DNA of 64,000 bases from assembly GCA_019635875.1 (NCBI GenBank), contig JAHBYP010000008.1, forward strand, positions 108,455 through 172,454, given 5' to 3'. How positions within the stretch are numbered: the first letter of the stretch is position 1; the number at the start of each line of letters is the position of its first letter. Under the pieces are notes generated by a model. It saw only the letters and a list, made by a program, of their open reading frames with translations, did no database searches and was not told where the DNA came from. A program made the translations under genes and the position numbers. This document shows positions 42,935 to 53,014 of the stretch, in pieces. This stretch comes from Alphaproteobacteria bacterium (GTDB lineage: Bacteria > Pseudomonadota > Alphaproteobacteria > Reyranellales > Reyranellaceae).

Positions 42935-44317
42935 CTACTCCGCCGCCTTCGCCGCCGGCTTCGGGTCGGGCCGCCTGGTGCGCATGGTGACAAACTCCTC
43001 GCCGGCCGTGGGGTGGATGCCCACGGTGGCGTCGAACATCGCCTTGGTCGCCCTGGCCTTCACCGCAATGCCGATGCCCTGGATCAGCTCGGCCGCGTCG
43101 TCGCCCACCATGTGTGCACCGACCACCCGGTCGCTCTCGGCGTCGACCAGCAGCTTCATGAAGGTCTTGCCCTTGCGGCCGGTCAGCGTGTGCTTCATCG
43201 GCGTGAAGCTCGAGGCGTAGACGTCGAGCCGGGGATAGACCCGCCGCGCCTGCTCCTCGGTCAGGCCCACCGTCGCCATCTGCGGCTGGCTGAACACCGC
43301 CGACGGCACATCCTGGTGGTCGGCCTTGCGCGGCTTCTTGCCGAACACGGTGTCGGCGAAGGCGTGGCCTTCCATCAGCGCCACCGGCGTGAGGTTGATG
43401 CGGTCGGTCAGGTCGCCGACGGCGTAGATGTTGGGCACCGTGGAGGCCGACCACTCGTCGACCGCGACGGCGCCGGCCTTGTTGAGCGTGACGCCGACCT
43501 TGTCCAGGCCCAGCCCGGCGGTGTTTGGCACGCGGCCGGTGGCGTACATCACGCAATCGGTCTCGATCGCCTGGCCGCTCGTCGTGGTCGCGACCAACGC
43601 TCCGCCGCGCCGCTCGATCCTCGCCAGCTCGGTCTCGGTCCTGAAGCGCACGCCCTTGTCGGCCATGCCGCTCTGCACGACCTTGCGGCATTCCTCATCG
43701 AAGCCGCGCAGCACCAGCTCGCGGCGCGGCACCAGCGTCACCTCGGAGCCCAGCCCGTTGAAGATGCCGGCGAACTCCACCGCGATATAGCCGCCGCCGA
43801 CGATCAGGATGCGCTTGGGCAGGCTGGGCAGGTGGAAGGCGTCGTCGGAGACGATCGCCAGCTCGGCGCCCGGGATCGAGGGCCGCCACGGCCGCGCGCC
43901 GGTCGCCAACAGGATCCTGTCGGCGGTGATCATCTTCTCGCCGACGGCGACGGTATGGGCGTCCATCAGCCGGCCGCGGCCGACCACCAGCTCGACGCCG
44001 GCGTTCTTCAGCAGGTTCTTGTAGATGCCGTTGAGCCGCATGACCTCCTTCTGCACGTTGTCGCGCAACGTGGCCCAGTCGAAGCTCGGCGCGGGGATGG
44101 TCCAGCCATAGGCGGCCGCGTCCTCGACCTCCTCATGCACGTGGCTGCCGTAGACGAGCAGCTTCTTCGGCACGCATCCGCGGATGACACAGGTGCCGCC
44201 CACCAGGTCGTCCTCGCAGATGCCCACCCGCGCGCCGTGGCCGGCGGCGACGCGGCTGGCGCGCACCCCGCCGGAACCGGCGCCGATGACGAACAGGTCG
44301 TAGTCATACGCGCTCAT
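42935..44317 (-). CDS. gor: Glutathione-disulfide reductase
   Basis: The protein shows DLFVIGAGSGGVRASR and the redox-active GGTCVIRGCVPKK, with a second NAD(P) fold (IVGGGYIAVEFAG) and a C-terminal dimerisation domain ending in the HPT motif. Confidence 0.92.
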   Translation of the reverse strand: MSAYDYDLFVIGAGSGGVRASRVAAGHGARVGICEDDLVGGTCVIRGCVPKKLLVYGSHVHEEVEDAAAYGWTIPAPSFDWATLRDNVQKEVMRLNGIYKNLLKNAGVELVVGRGRLMDAHTVAVGEKMITADRILLATGARPWRPSIPGAELAIVSDDAFHLPSLPKRILIVGGGYIAVEFAGIFNGLGSEVTLVPRRELVLRGFDEECRKVVQSGMADKGVRFRTETELARIERRGGALVATTTSGQAIETDCVMYATGRVPNTAGLGLDKVGVTLNKAGAVAVDEWSASTVPNIYAVGDLTDRINLTPVALMEGHAFADTVFGKKPRKADHQDVPSAVFSQPQMATVGLTEEQARRVYPRLDVYASSFTPMKHTLTGRKGKTFMKLLVDAESDRVVGAHMVGDDAAELIQGIGIAVKARATKAMFDATVGIHPTAGEEFVTMRTRRPDPKPAAKAAE

Positions 44318-44503
44318 GCGACTTCCTCTGTAACGCTTCGCCGCGTTTCCGCCGCGAAACCGTCTCCAACCCGCCTTCGGAAGCCGACTATATCGGTTTC
44401 GCCGGCCCGGTTTGAAGTCTGCGGGGATGAATTGCTCTCACGCATCGTAAGGGTCGAAGGAAGGGCGGAGATTGCAACCGCCTTGAACAGGAGTCCCACC
44501 GAC

Positions 44504-44920
44504 ATGTCCACGATCCGTATCGCCGCCGCCGCCCTGGTCGCCGGCCTCATGGCCCTGCCCGCGCTGGCCCAGGCCGCGCCACCCCCCGCCGATACAGGTG
44601 CTCGTCAGGGCCGCGCCCAGGCGGCGTTCGACCGTCTCGACGCCAACAAGGACGGCTTCGTCGACCTCGCCGAGATGCGCGCCAGTCGCGCCGCCCTGTT
44701 CGACCGCCTCGACACCAACAAGGACGGCCAGCTCACGACCGAGGAGATGCGCGCCGGCCGTCCGAGCCGGAGTCAGCGCGCCGCCAACGCCCAGCGCACC
44801 ATCAGCCGCGACGAGTTCGTCGCCCGTGCCGAGAAGTCGCTGGCGCGCCGCGACACCGACAAGGACGGCAAGCTCAGCTTCGCCGAGTTCAGCCAGCGCA
44901 AGGCACGCAAGGCCCGCTGA
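44504..44920 (+). CDS. Secreted EF-hand calcium-binding protein (small, about 4 loops)
   Basis: The signal peptide is MSTIRIAAAALVAGLMALPALAQA. EF loops are DANKDGFVDLAE, DTNKDGQLTTEE and DTDKDGKLSFAE. It is only the 3' end of the 716-aa track ORF. Confidence 0.75.
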   Translation: MSTIRIAAAALVAGLMALPALAQAAPPPADTGARQGRAQAAFDRLDANKDGFVDLAEMRASRAALFDRLDTNKDGQLTTEEMRAGRPSRSQRAANAQRTISRDEFVARAEKSLARRDTDKDGKLSFAEFSQRKARKAR

Positions 44921-44980
44921 CCCTTGGGCAGTCGGGCTGCCAGCCCATGATCCGCTTCAAGGGCACCCCGGCCAAATGAA

Positions 44981-45009
44981 GGGGCCGCCGGCTCGGCGCC
45001 GGCGGCCCC
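44981..45009 (-). terminator. GC-rich hairpin, probable terminator of the ABC-transporter operon (also downstream of the convergent EF-hand gene)
   Basis: The stem is ggggccgccggc/gccggcggcccc with a 5-nt loop. On the minus strand it is followed by TTCATTT. Confidence 0.45.
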
Positions 45010-45037
45010 CATCGCCCAGCGGATGCAGGCGTGCGAC

Positions 45038-46267
45038 TCAGGTGCTCTCGGCCGACAGGATGTCGCCGAACAGCTCCCAGGTCTCGCCCTTGAAGCGCTG
45101 CAGGCGCACCGCCTGCACCGGGTAGAAGTCGGTCGGGCTGGTGCTGAGCGTGATGCCCGGCAGCAAGAGCGGCACGCGCAGCTTCTTGTGGTTGGCGGCC
45201 TGCCTCATCAGGTTGGCGCGGGTCAGGTCGTCGCCGCACTTCTTCAGCGTCTCGTGCATGGTGAACGAGACGGCGTAGGCGTAGCAGTAGTTGACGTCCT
45301 GCACGTTGCCCTGCGGGTTGTACTTGGCCATCCACTCGCGCCACGTCTTCATCTCGGCGTGGTCGGCCCACTGCTTGTCGGTGGGATCCATCAGCCAGGC
45401 CGCGGTGATGACGCCCTGCACGTTGTCGAAGCCGGCCGGCTTCATCGTCGTCGAGACCTGGCCCGAGACGTTGTTGAGGTACTGCACCGGCTTCCAGCCG
45501 ATCTCAGCCGCCTTGCGCATCGACTGAGCGGCGAATTTCGGGATCGAGATGTTGAAGAAGACGTTGGCGCCGGAATCCTTCATCTGGATGGTCTGCGAGT
45601 CGACCGTCGGATCGGTGACCTCGTAGGTCACGTGCTTGACCACCTTGTTGGCGTCCTTGCCGAGTCCCTCCTTGAAGCCTTCCCAGTAGTCCTTGCCGTA
45701 GTCGTCGTTCTGCATCAGCACGGCGATCTTCGGATCCTTGACATTGGCCAGGATGTGCTTGGCGTAGATCACCGCCTCGGTGTGGTAGTCGGGCTGGAAG
45801 CCCATGGTCCACGGGAAGTCCTTGGGCTTGCCCCACTTCGAGGCGCCGGTGGCCAGGAAGAGGTGCGGCACCTTCTTCTGGTTCATGTAGCGGTGAATCG
45901 CGGTGTTGGTCGGCGTGCCCAGCGTGTTGAACAGCGCGAGAACCTTCTCCTGCTCGACCAGCTGTCGCACCATCTCGACGGTCTTCGGCGGGCTGTAGCC
46001 GTCATCGAGGGTCACGAACCTGACCTTGCGGCCGTTGATGCCGCCGTTGTCGTTGACCATCTTCCAGTACGACTCGATGGCCTTGCCGATCACGCCGTAC
46101 GACGAGGCCGGACCCGAATACGGATTGGTATGACCGATCTTGATCTCGCTGTCGGTCGCGCCGTCATCGTATTTCGCCCCGGCCTTCTGCGCGAATGCGG
46201 GTCCAAGGACATAGAGCGCGGGCATGGCCGCCGCGCCGCCCATGAGTAGGCGTCTACTGGTCTTCAC
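45038..46267 (-). CDS. ABC transporter substrate-binding protein, LivK/branched-chain amino acid family, paralog 1
   Basis: It has a signal peptide, then YDDGATDSEIKIGHTNPYSGPASSYG and GGINGRKV.FVTLDDGYSPPKTVE. It ends FKGETWELFGDILSAEST. Confidence 0.88.
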   Translation of the reverse strand: MKTSRRLLMGGAAAMPALYVLGPAFAQKAGAKYDDGATDSEIKIGHTNPYSGPASSYGVIGKAIESYWKMVNDNGGINGRKVRFVTLDDGYSPPKTVEMVRQLVEQEKVLALFNTLGTPTNTAIHRYMNQKKVPHLFLATGASKWGKPKDFPWTMGFQPDYHTEAVIYAKHILANVKDPKIAVLMQNDDYGKDYWEGFKEGLGKDANKVVKHVTYEVTDPTVDSQTIQMKDSGANVFFNISIPKFAAQSMRKAAEIGWKPVQYLNNVSGQVSTTMKPAGFDNVQGVITAAWLMDPTDKQWADHAEMKTWREWMAKYNPQGNVQDVNYCYAYAVSFTMHETLKKCGDDLTRANLMRQAANHKKLRVPLLLPGITLSTSPTDFYPVQAVRLQRFKGETWELFGDILSAEST

Positions 46268-46359
46268 GATATCCTCCCTGAATGCCGAAACTTAACGCTC
46301 GGTCACCCGGGAAGAATGGGCCAATCGCCTGCCGGAGTCGAATCCCGGAGTCGTGAAAA

Positions 46360-46384
46360 CGCCGCCGGACGGAGCCCGGCGGCG
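46360..46384 (-). terminator. Intercistronic hairpin plus T-run (attenuator or terminator-like) between binding-protein paralogs 2 and 1
   Basis: The stem is cgccgccgg/ccggcggcg with a 7-nt loop. On the minus strand it is followed by TTTT. Confidence 0.45.
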
Positions 46385-46417
46385 TCGATCTGCGAAATTG
46401 CGGTGCGAGGCCCGGGC

Positions 46418-47638
46418 TCAGGTGCTCTCGGCCGACAGCACGTCGCCGAACAGCTCCCAGGTCTCGCCCTTGAAGCGGGCCAGCCGGATCGCCTGCACGG
46501 GGTAGAAATCCGTCGGGCTGGTGCTGACGTTGATGCCCGGCAGGATCAGCGGCACGCGCAGCTTCTGATGGTTGGCGGCCTGCTTCATCACGTTCGCGCG
46601 CGTGAGCGTGTCGCCGGCCTTCTTCAGCGTCTCGCGCATCAGCGAGGAGACGGCGTAGGCGTAGATGTAGTTGCCGTCCTCGGTGTTGGCGCCGGGCATG
46701 TACTTGGCCATCCACTCGCGCCAGGCCTTCATCTCGGGGTGGTCGTTCCACTGCTTGTCGGTGGGATCCATCAGCCATAGCCCGGTGATGATGCCCTGGC
46801 TGTTGTCGTAGCCCGCCGGCTTGAGCGTCGAGGCGACCGAGGACGAGACGTTGTTGAGGTAGTGGATCGGCTTCCAGCCGAGATCGGCCGCCTTGCGGAT
46901 CGCCTGGGCGGCGAACTTCGGGATGGCGATGTTGAAGAATACGTTGGCGCCCGAGTCCTTGAGCTGGATGATCTGCGAGTCGACCGTGGGATCGGTGACC
47001 TCGTAGGTCACGTGCTTGACCACCTTGCCGGTCTCCTTGCCGAGGCCGTCCTTGAAGCCTTCCCAGTAGTCCTTGCCGTAGTCGTCATTCTGCATCAGCA
47101 CGCCGATCTTGGCGTCCTTGACGTTGGCCAGGATATGCTTGGCGTAGATTGCGCCCTCGGTGTGGTAGTCGGGCTGGAAGCCCATGGTCCAGGGGAAGTC
47201 CTTCGGCTTGCCCCACTTCGAGGCACCTGTGGCGACGAAGAGGTGCGGGACCTTCTTCTGGTTCATGTAGCGGTGGATCGCCGTGTTGGTCGGCGTGCCC
47301 AGCGTGTTGAACACGCACAGCACCTTCTCCTGCTCGACCAGCTGACGCACCATCTCCACGGTCTTTGGCGGACTGTAGCCATCGTCGAGGGTCACGAACT
47401 TGACCTTGCGGCCGTTGATGCCGCCCTGGTCGTTGACCATCTTCCAGTAGCCTTCGATGCCCTTGCCGATCACGCCGTAGGATGACGCGGGGCCGGAATA
47501 CGGGTTGGTATGGCCGATCTTGATCTCGGTGTCGGTCGCACCGTCGTCGTACTTCTTCTGCGCGAACGCGACGCCACTCGACAGCAACACTGTCGCCGCC
47601 GTGCCACCACCCACAAAGCTACGCCTAGTCGTTCCCAT
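46418..47638 (-). CDS. ABC transporter substrate-binding protein, LivK family, paralog 2
   Basis: The N-terminus MGTTRRSFVGGGTAATVLLSSGVAFAQ is a Tat-like signal. It is highly similar to paralogs 1 and 3. The ATG at 47638 is preceded by GGAGGA. Confidence 0.88.
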   Translation of the reverse strand: MGTTRRSFVGGGTAATVLLSSGVAFAQKKYDDGATDTEIKIGHTNPYSGPASSYGVIGKGIEGYWKMVNDQGGINGRKVKFVTLDDGYSPPKTVEMVRQLVEQEKVLCVFNTLGTPTNTAIHRYMNQKKVPHLFVATGASKWGKPKDFPWTMGFQPDYHTEGAIYAKHILANVKDAKIGVLMQNDDYGKDYWEGFKDGLGKETGKVVKHVTYEVTDPTVDSQIIQLKDSGANVFFNIAIPKFAAQAIRKAADLGWKPIHYLNNVSSSVASTLKPAGYDNSQGIITGLWLMDPTDKQWNDHPEMKAWREWMAKYMPGANTEDGNYIYAYAVSSLMRETLKKAGDTLTRANVMKQAANHQKLRVPLILPGINVSTSPTDFYPVQAIRLARFKGETWELFGDVLSAEST

Positions 47639-47832
47639 CAGGATCCTCCGATTTCCAGGCGGTGTTCTGTGATCCGCCATGGATGGGAGAATGCGCTGCC
47701 GGCTTGGGTTTTTCACTCCCCCCGGACCTGCGACCATTCCGCACCGCGGCTGAAATCGCAGATGCGCGGGCGCGCCGGGGCGGTCGCTGGCGTCTTGCCG
47801 GCGACCGCCCGAAAAACAGGCAGGTCAGTCGC

Positions 47833-49059
47833 TCAGGTACTTTCGGCCGACAGCACGTCGCCGAACAGCTCCCACGTCTCACCCTTGAAGCGTGACAGCC
47901 GCACTGCCTGGATCGGATAGTAGTCCGTCGGGCTGGTGCTGACGGTGATGCCGGGCTGCAGCAGCGGCACCGCCAGCTTCTTGTGGTTGGCCGCCTGCTT
48001 CATGACGTTGGCCCGGGTCAGCTCGTCGCCGCACTTCTTCAGCGTCTCGTGCATCAGGAACGAGACGGCGAAGGCGAAGATGTAGTTGGCGTCCGACGTG
48101 TTGGCGCCGGGCATGTACTTGGCCATGAACTCGCGCCAGGCCTTCATGTCGGGCGCCTCGTCCCACTGCTTGTCGGTGGGATCCTTTAGGTACTGTGCGG
48201 TGATGATGTCCTGGCTGTTGTCGAAACCCGCCGGCTTGAGCACCGCGCCGACCGACGCCGAGACGTTGTTGAGATAGTGCGCCGGTTTCCAGCCGAGGTC
48301 GGCCGCCTTGCGGATCGCCTGCGCCGCGGCCCTGGGCGTGGCGATGTTGAAGAAGACGTTGGCGCCCGAATCCTTGAGCTGGATGACCTGCGAATCGACA
48401 GTCGGGTCCGTGACTTCGAAGGTCACGTGCTTGACCACCTTGCCGGTCTCCTTGCCGAGACCGTCCTTGAAACCCTCCCAGTAGTCCTTGCCGTAGTCGT
48501 CGTTCTGCATCAGCACGCCGATCCTGGCATCCTTGACGGACTCCAGCACGTGCCTGGCGTAGATCGCGCCCTCGGTGTGGTAGTCGGGCTGGAAGCCCAT
48601 GGTCCACGGGAAGTCCTTCGGCTTGCCCCACTTCGAGGCGCCGGTGGCGACGAAGAGGTGCGGCACCTTGCGCTGGTTCATGTAGCGATGGATCGCCGTG
48701 TTTGTCGGCGTGCCCAGCGTGTTGAAGGTGCACAGCACCTTCTCCTGCTCGACCAGCTGGCGCACCATCTCGACCATCTTGGGCGGGCTGTAGCCGTCGT
48801 CGAGGGTGACGAACTTCACCTTGCGGCCGTTGATGCCGCCCTGGTCGTTCACCATCCTCCAATAGGCTTCGATCGCCTTGCCGATCACGCCGTAGGCCGA
48901 CGCCGGCCCGCTGTACGGCCCGGTGTGGCCGATCCTGATCTCGCCGTCGCTCGCGCCATCGTCGTACTTCTTCTGCGCGAACGCGACGCCACTGCCCAAC
49001 AACGCCGCGGCGGCCGACGCGCCGCCGACAAAGCTACGCCTACTCGTACGCATACGCAC
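47833..49059 (-). CDS. ABC transporter substrate-binding protein, LivK family, paralog 3
   Basis: The N-terminus is MRMRTSRRSFVGGASAAAALLGSGVAFAQ. It has the same conserved blocks and the same C-terminal FKGETWELFGDVLSAEST. Confidence 0.88.
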   Translation of the reverse strand: MRMRTSRRSFVGGASAAAALLGSGVAFAQKKYDDGASDGEIRIGHTGPYSGPASAYGVIGKAIEAYWRMVNDQGGINGRKVKFVTLDDGYSPPKMVEMVRQLVEQEKVLCTFNTLGTPTNTAIHRYMNQRKVPHLFVATGASKWGKPKDFPWTMGFQPDYHTEGAIYARHVLESVKDARIGVLMQNDDYGKDYWEGFKDGLGKETGKVVKHVTFEVTDPTVDSQVIQLKDSGANVFFNIATPRAAAQAIRKAADLGWKPAHYLNNVSASVGAVLKPAGFDNSQDIITAQYLKDPTDKQWDEAPDMKAWREFMAKYMPGANTSDANYIFAFAVSFLMHETLKKCGDELTRANVMKQAANHKKLAVPLLQPGITVSTSPTDYYPIQAVRLSRFKGETWELFGDVLSAEST

Positions 49060-49117
49060 TCACTCCTCCACCAGGACGCACCTCCGTCAGGTGCGCGAAC
49101 TCAACGCGTGCTCGGGC

Positions 49118-50188
49118 TCAGCGCTTCAGCCGCCGCCAGGCCATGACGATGCCGCCGGCGATGCCCAGCGGCATGACGTACATCAGGATCAGCAGCAGGA
49201 TGCCGTAGACGGCGTAGGCCGACAGGTCGAACGGCAGGCCAAGGTCGTTCTTCACGAAGTTCGACAGCGCCTGCGCCGAGTTCTGCACGATCACCGTGAA
49301 GACGCCGCCGATGATCGAGCCGGCGAGCGATGCAACGCCGCCGACCACCAGGCCGATCAGCAGCGAGATCGACAGGAAGAAGCCGAAGCTGTCGGGCGCC
49401 ACGAAGGCGATGGTCGAGGCCGAAAGCGCGCCGGCGATGCCGGTATAGGCCGCGCTGATGCCGAAGGTCACCGTCTTGTACTGGGCGCTGTTGATGCCCA
49501 TCGTGTCGGCGGCCATGTGGTGGTCGCGGATCGCCATCATCGCGCGCCCGTTGCGGCCGCGCAGGATGTTGAAGGCGATGAAGTACAGCGCCACCATGAT
49601 GACGAGGATGTAGTAGTAGAGCCACTGATCCTCGCTCAGCGGCAATCCGAAGGGCGGCTCGGGCTTGAGCAGCACGATGCCCTGCACGCCGCCGGTCATG
49701 CCTTCGAGCCATCGGTATTTCAGCAGCTGCGGCACGGCGAGCGCCAGCGCGAACGTCGCCAGGGCGAGGTAGTGGCCCTCCAGCCTGAGCGCCGGCAGTC
49801 CGAACAGGTAGCCGACGATGAAGCACATCACCGCCGCCGCCGGGATGGTCAGGAAGTAGAAGTCCGGCATCCACGAGATCTTGTCGAGCAGGACGGCCGC
49901 GGTGTAGGCGCCGACGGCGTAGAACGCGCCGTGGCCGAGCGAGATCTGGCCGTTGAAGCCGGTCAGCAGGTTGAGGCCGAGAACCGCGATCGCGGCGATC
50001 ATCATCGTGCTGATGACGAACAGCCGGTAATCGGAGATCACGTTGGGAACGACGAACTTCAGCAGCGGCAGCACGAAGGCCACGGCGACGACGATCCAGA
50101 CCCAGGGCTTTACCGCGGCAGGAGCCGCCGGCGGCGCCGGGACGGCCACTTCCTGCGGTGCCGCGTCGGCAGTCTCGGTGCTGGCCAT
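49118..50188 (-). CDS. livM: Branched-chain amino acid ABC transporter permease (LivM-like)
   Basis: It is polytopic and shows GQISLGHGAFYAVGAYTAA and the typical LivM pattern. Confidence 0.88.
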   Translation of the reverse strand: MASTETADAAPQEVAVPAPPAAPAAVKPWVWIVVAVAFVLPLLKFVVPNVISDYRLFVISTMMIAAIAVLGLNLLTGFNGQISLGHGAFYAVGAYTAAVLLDKISWMPDFYFLTIPAAAVMCFIVGYLFGLPALRLEGHYLALATFALALAVPQLLKYRWLEGMTGGVQGIVLLKPEPPFGLPLSEDQWLYYYILVIMVALYFIAFNILRGRNGRAMMAIRDHHMAADTMGINSAQYKTVTFGISAAYTGIAGALSASTIAFVAPDSFGFFLSISLLIGLVVGGVASLAGSIIGGVFTVIVQNSAQALSNFVKNDLGLPFDLSAYAVYGILLLILMYVMPLGIAGGIVMAWRRLKR

Positions 50189-50190
50189 GG

Positions 50191-51096
50191 CTACACCCTC
50201 TTCACTTCGTGTCGGCCGAACAGACCGCTCGGCTTCAGGGTCAGCACGGCGATGACGATGATCAGCGCCACCGTCAGCTTCTCACCATTGCCGATGATGT
50301 AGACGCCGCTGACCTTCTCGATCAGGTTGCCGAAGAAGGCCACGAGGTTCTCGAGCACGCCGACAATGAAGCCGCCGACGACGGCGCCGCCCGGGCTGGA
50401 GATGCCGCCCAGCAGCGCCCCCGCGAAGGCGTACAGCAGAATGCCGCCCATCATGTTGGGGTCGAGATAGACGATGTGCGCGACCATGGTGCCGGCCACG
50501 GCGCCGACAGCGGCGGCCAGTCCCCAGCCCAGCGCCAGCATCCAGTCAACGCGCACACCCGCGAGACGCGCGGAGACCGGGTTCTGCGCCGCGGCGCGCA
50601 TCGCGAGCCCCAGCGGCGTGAAGCGGAAGAACAGGAACAGCAGCGTCAGCACCCCGACCGTGACCAGGACCACGCCGAACTGGTGGGCGCCGATCAGGCC
50701 CGACAGGCCGAACTGCTCCTTCGGGAACGGCGAGGGAAACTCCTTGATCAGGTAGCTCCAGATCGTTCCGGCGACCGAGTTGCAGATCGCCAGCAGGCCG
50801 ATGAAGACCACGACGATCGACAGGATCGGCGCGGAGTGCAGCGACCGCAGCACCGTGCGTTCGATCGCCAGGCCGGCGACGAAGGATACGACGATGGCGG
50901 CGAAGAAGGCGGGCCAGAAGCCCAGGCCCCACTGCATCAGCTGCCACGCGATGTAGGTCGAGAACATCGCCATCTCGCCCTGGGCGAAATTGATGCGGTC
51001 GGTGGAGACGAAGATCATCACCAGCGCCAGCGCGACACAGGCGTAGATCGCGCCGTTGGCGAGGCCTGAGACGACCTGCTGCAGCAGCTGTTCCAT
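50191..51096 (-). CDS. livH: Branched-chain amino acid ABC transporter permease (LivH-like)
   Basis: The N-terminus is MEQLLQQVVSGLANGAIYACVALALVMIF..INFAQGE. It is polytopic. Confidence 0.9.
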   Translation of the reverse strand: MEQLLQQVVSGLANGAIYACVALALVMIFVSTDRINFAQGEMAMFSTYIAWQLMQWGLGFWPAFFAAIVVSFVAGLAIERTVLRSLHSAPILSIVVVFIGLLAICNSVAGTIWSYLIKEFPSPFPKEQFGLSGLIGAHQFGVVLVTVGVLTLLFLFFRFTPLGLAMRAAAQNPVSARLAGVRVDWMLALGWGLAAAVGAVAGTMVAHIVYLDPNMMGGILLYAFAGALLGGISSPGGAVVGGFIVGVLENLVAFFGNLIEKVSGVYIIGNGEKLTVALIIVIAVLTLKPSGLFGRHEVKRV

Positions 51097-51106
51097 GGCG
51101 CGGCCC

Positions 51107-51820
<714 letters not shown>

Positions 51821-51821
51821 C

Positions 51822-52667
51822 TCACGAAGTCCCCAGATAGGCGCGGATCACCTCGGGATCGCGCTGCACTTCCGCCGGCGTGCCGTCGGCGATCTTCTTG
51901 CCGAAATCGATGGCCACGACCTTGTCGGACACCGACATCACCAGGCTCATGTGATGCTCGACCAGCAGGACGGTGACGTGCTGCAGGTCGCGCACGCGGC
52001 GGATCTGCTCCTTCAGCACCTCGATCTCGTCGTGGTTCAGGCCAGCGGCGGGCTCGTCGAGCAGCAGCAGCTTGGGGCTGGCCGCCAGCGCACGCGCCAG
52101 CTCGACGCGCTTGCGGATCGGGAACGGCAGCGGGCCGGCCGGCATGCTGGTGAACGGCTTGAGATCCATGAACTCGATCAGCTCGTGCGCCCGCTCGGTG
52201 ATACGCCGCTCCTCCTCGCGCACCGAAGGCAGGCGCAGCGCGTTGGCGAAGAAGCTGGCGCTTGTCTGGCTGTGGCAGCCGACCTTGACGTTGTCGATCA
52301 CCGTCATCTTGTCGAACAGCGCCACGTTCTGGAACGTGCGCCCCAGCCCGATGACCGGGATGTCGTGACGCTGCGAGCCGAGGATCGAGCGGCCCTCGAA
52401 CAGGATGTCGCCGCTGCTCGGCTGGTAGAGCCGGCTGAGGCAGTTGAACAGCGTGGTCTTGCCGGCGCCGTTGGGCCCGATCAGGCCGGCGATCTGACCG
52501 GAGAAGACCTCGAAGCTCACGCCATCGAGCGCGACGATGCCGCCGAAACGAACGGACACGCCTTGGACACTCAATAGTGGGTCGCCGGACGATGGCCGCA
52601 GGTCGCGGCTGTTCTCTGCAATGGCCATCATGAGCGTCCGGTTGTCTCCTTCGCGGCTTGTCCCCAA
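51822..52667 (-). CDS. livG: ABC transporter ATP-binding protein (LivG-like)
   Basis: Walker A is GPNGAGKTT, Walker B is LLLDEPAAGL, and a LivG-type C-terminal extension is present. The true start may be the internal MMAIAEN (about 52631). Confidence 0.9.
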   Translation of the reverse strand: MGTSREGDNRTLMMAIAENSRDLRPSSGDPLLSVQGVSVRFGGIVALDGVSFEVFSGQIAGLIGPNGAGKTTLFNCLSRLYQPSSGDILFEGRSILGSQRHDIPVIGLGRTFQNVALFDKMTVIDNVKVGCHSQTSASFFANALRLPSVREEERRITERAHELIEFMDLKPFTSMPAGPLPFPIRKRVELARALAASPKLLLLDEPAAGLNHDEIEVLKEQIRRVRDLQHVTVLLVEHHMSLVMSVSDKVVAIDFGKKIADGTPAEVQRDPEVIRAYLGTS

Positions 52668-52922
52668 CCCCCGCCGGCACGGCTTGTCGCCCGATGGCGT
52701 CGCCGTCCCGGTTCACCGAGCGCACGGCGGAGCCGTCGCGTCGCGGATGCTGGAAACGTTCACCGCTCCCTGCCGGTGCGGGCGTGTGCCGCCCGTCGTG
52801 GCGGCGCACCTTGTACGATTCGATCTGGCCTTTCAATAGCGGCACCCCGACGCAGCATCGTCCTCGCAATGCGATTCCGCTGAGCGGACACGCCTCAATG
52901 GCGACTCAATGCCCCCGCAGGG

Positions 52923-52952
52923 TTGACAGGCGCCGGCACAGGGACCGATATC
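52923..52952 (+). promoter_or_regulatory. Candidate sigma-70 promoter for the EF-hand gene
   Basis: A perfect TTGACA sits at 52923-52928. It is followed by an 18-nt spacer and then a weak -10, GATATC. The site is about 60 nt upstream of the ATG at 53015. Confidence 0.25.
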
Positions 52953-53014
52953 TCGCCGCCGCGGGGTGCACGCGGTACGGGACCGCCGCGCTCGATGCAT
53001 GGCGGGGTGACGGG

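Noticed and set aside
42770-44920. A 716-aa plus-strand ORF spanning the gor locus.
   Set aside because: Most of it is antisense to glutathione reductase and to a REP element. Only the last 138 codons (44504-44920) form a credible gene, with a signal peptide and EF-hand loops.
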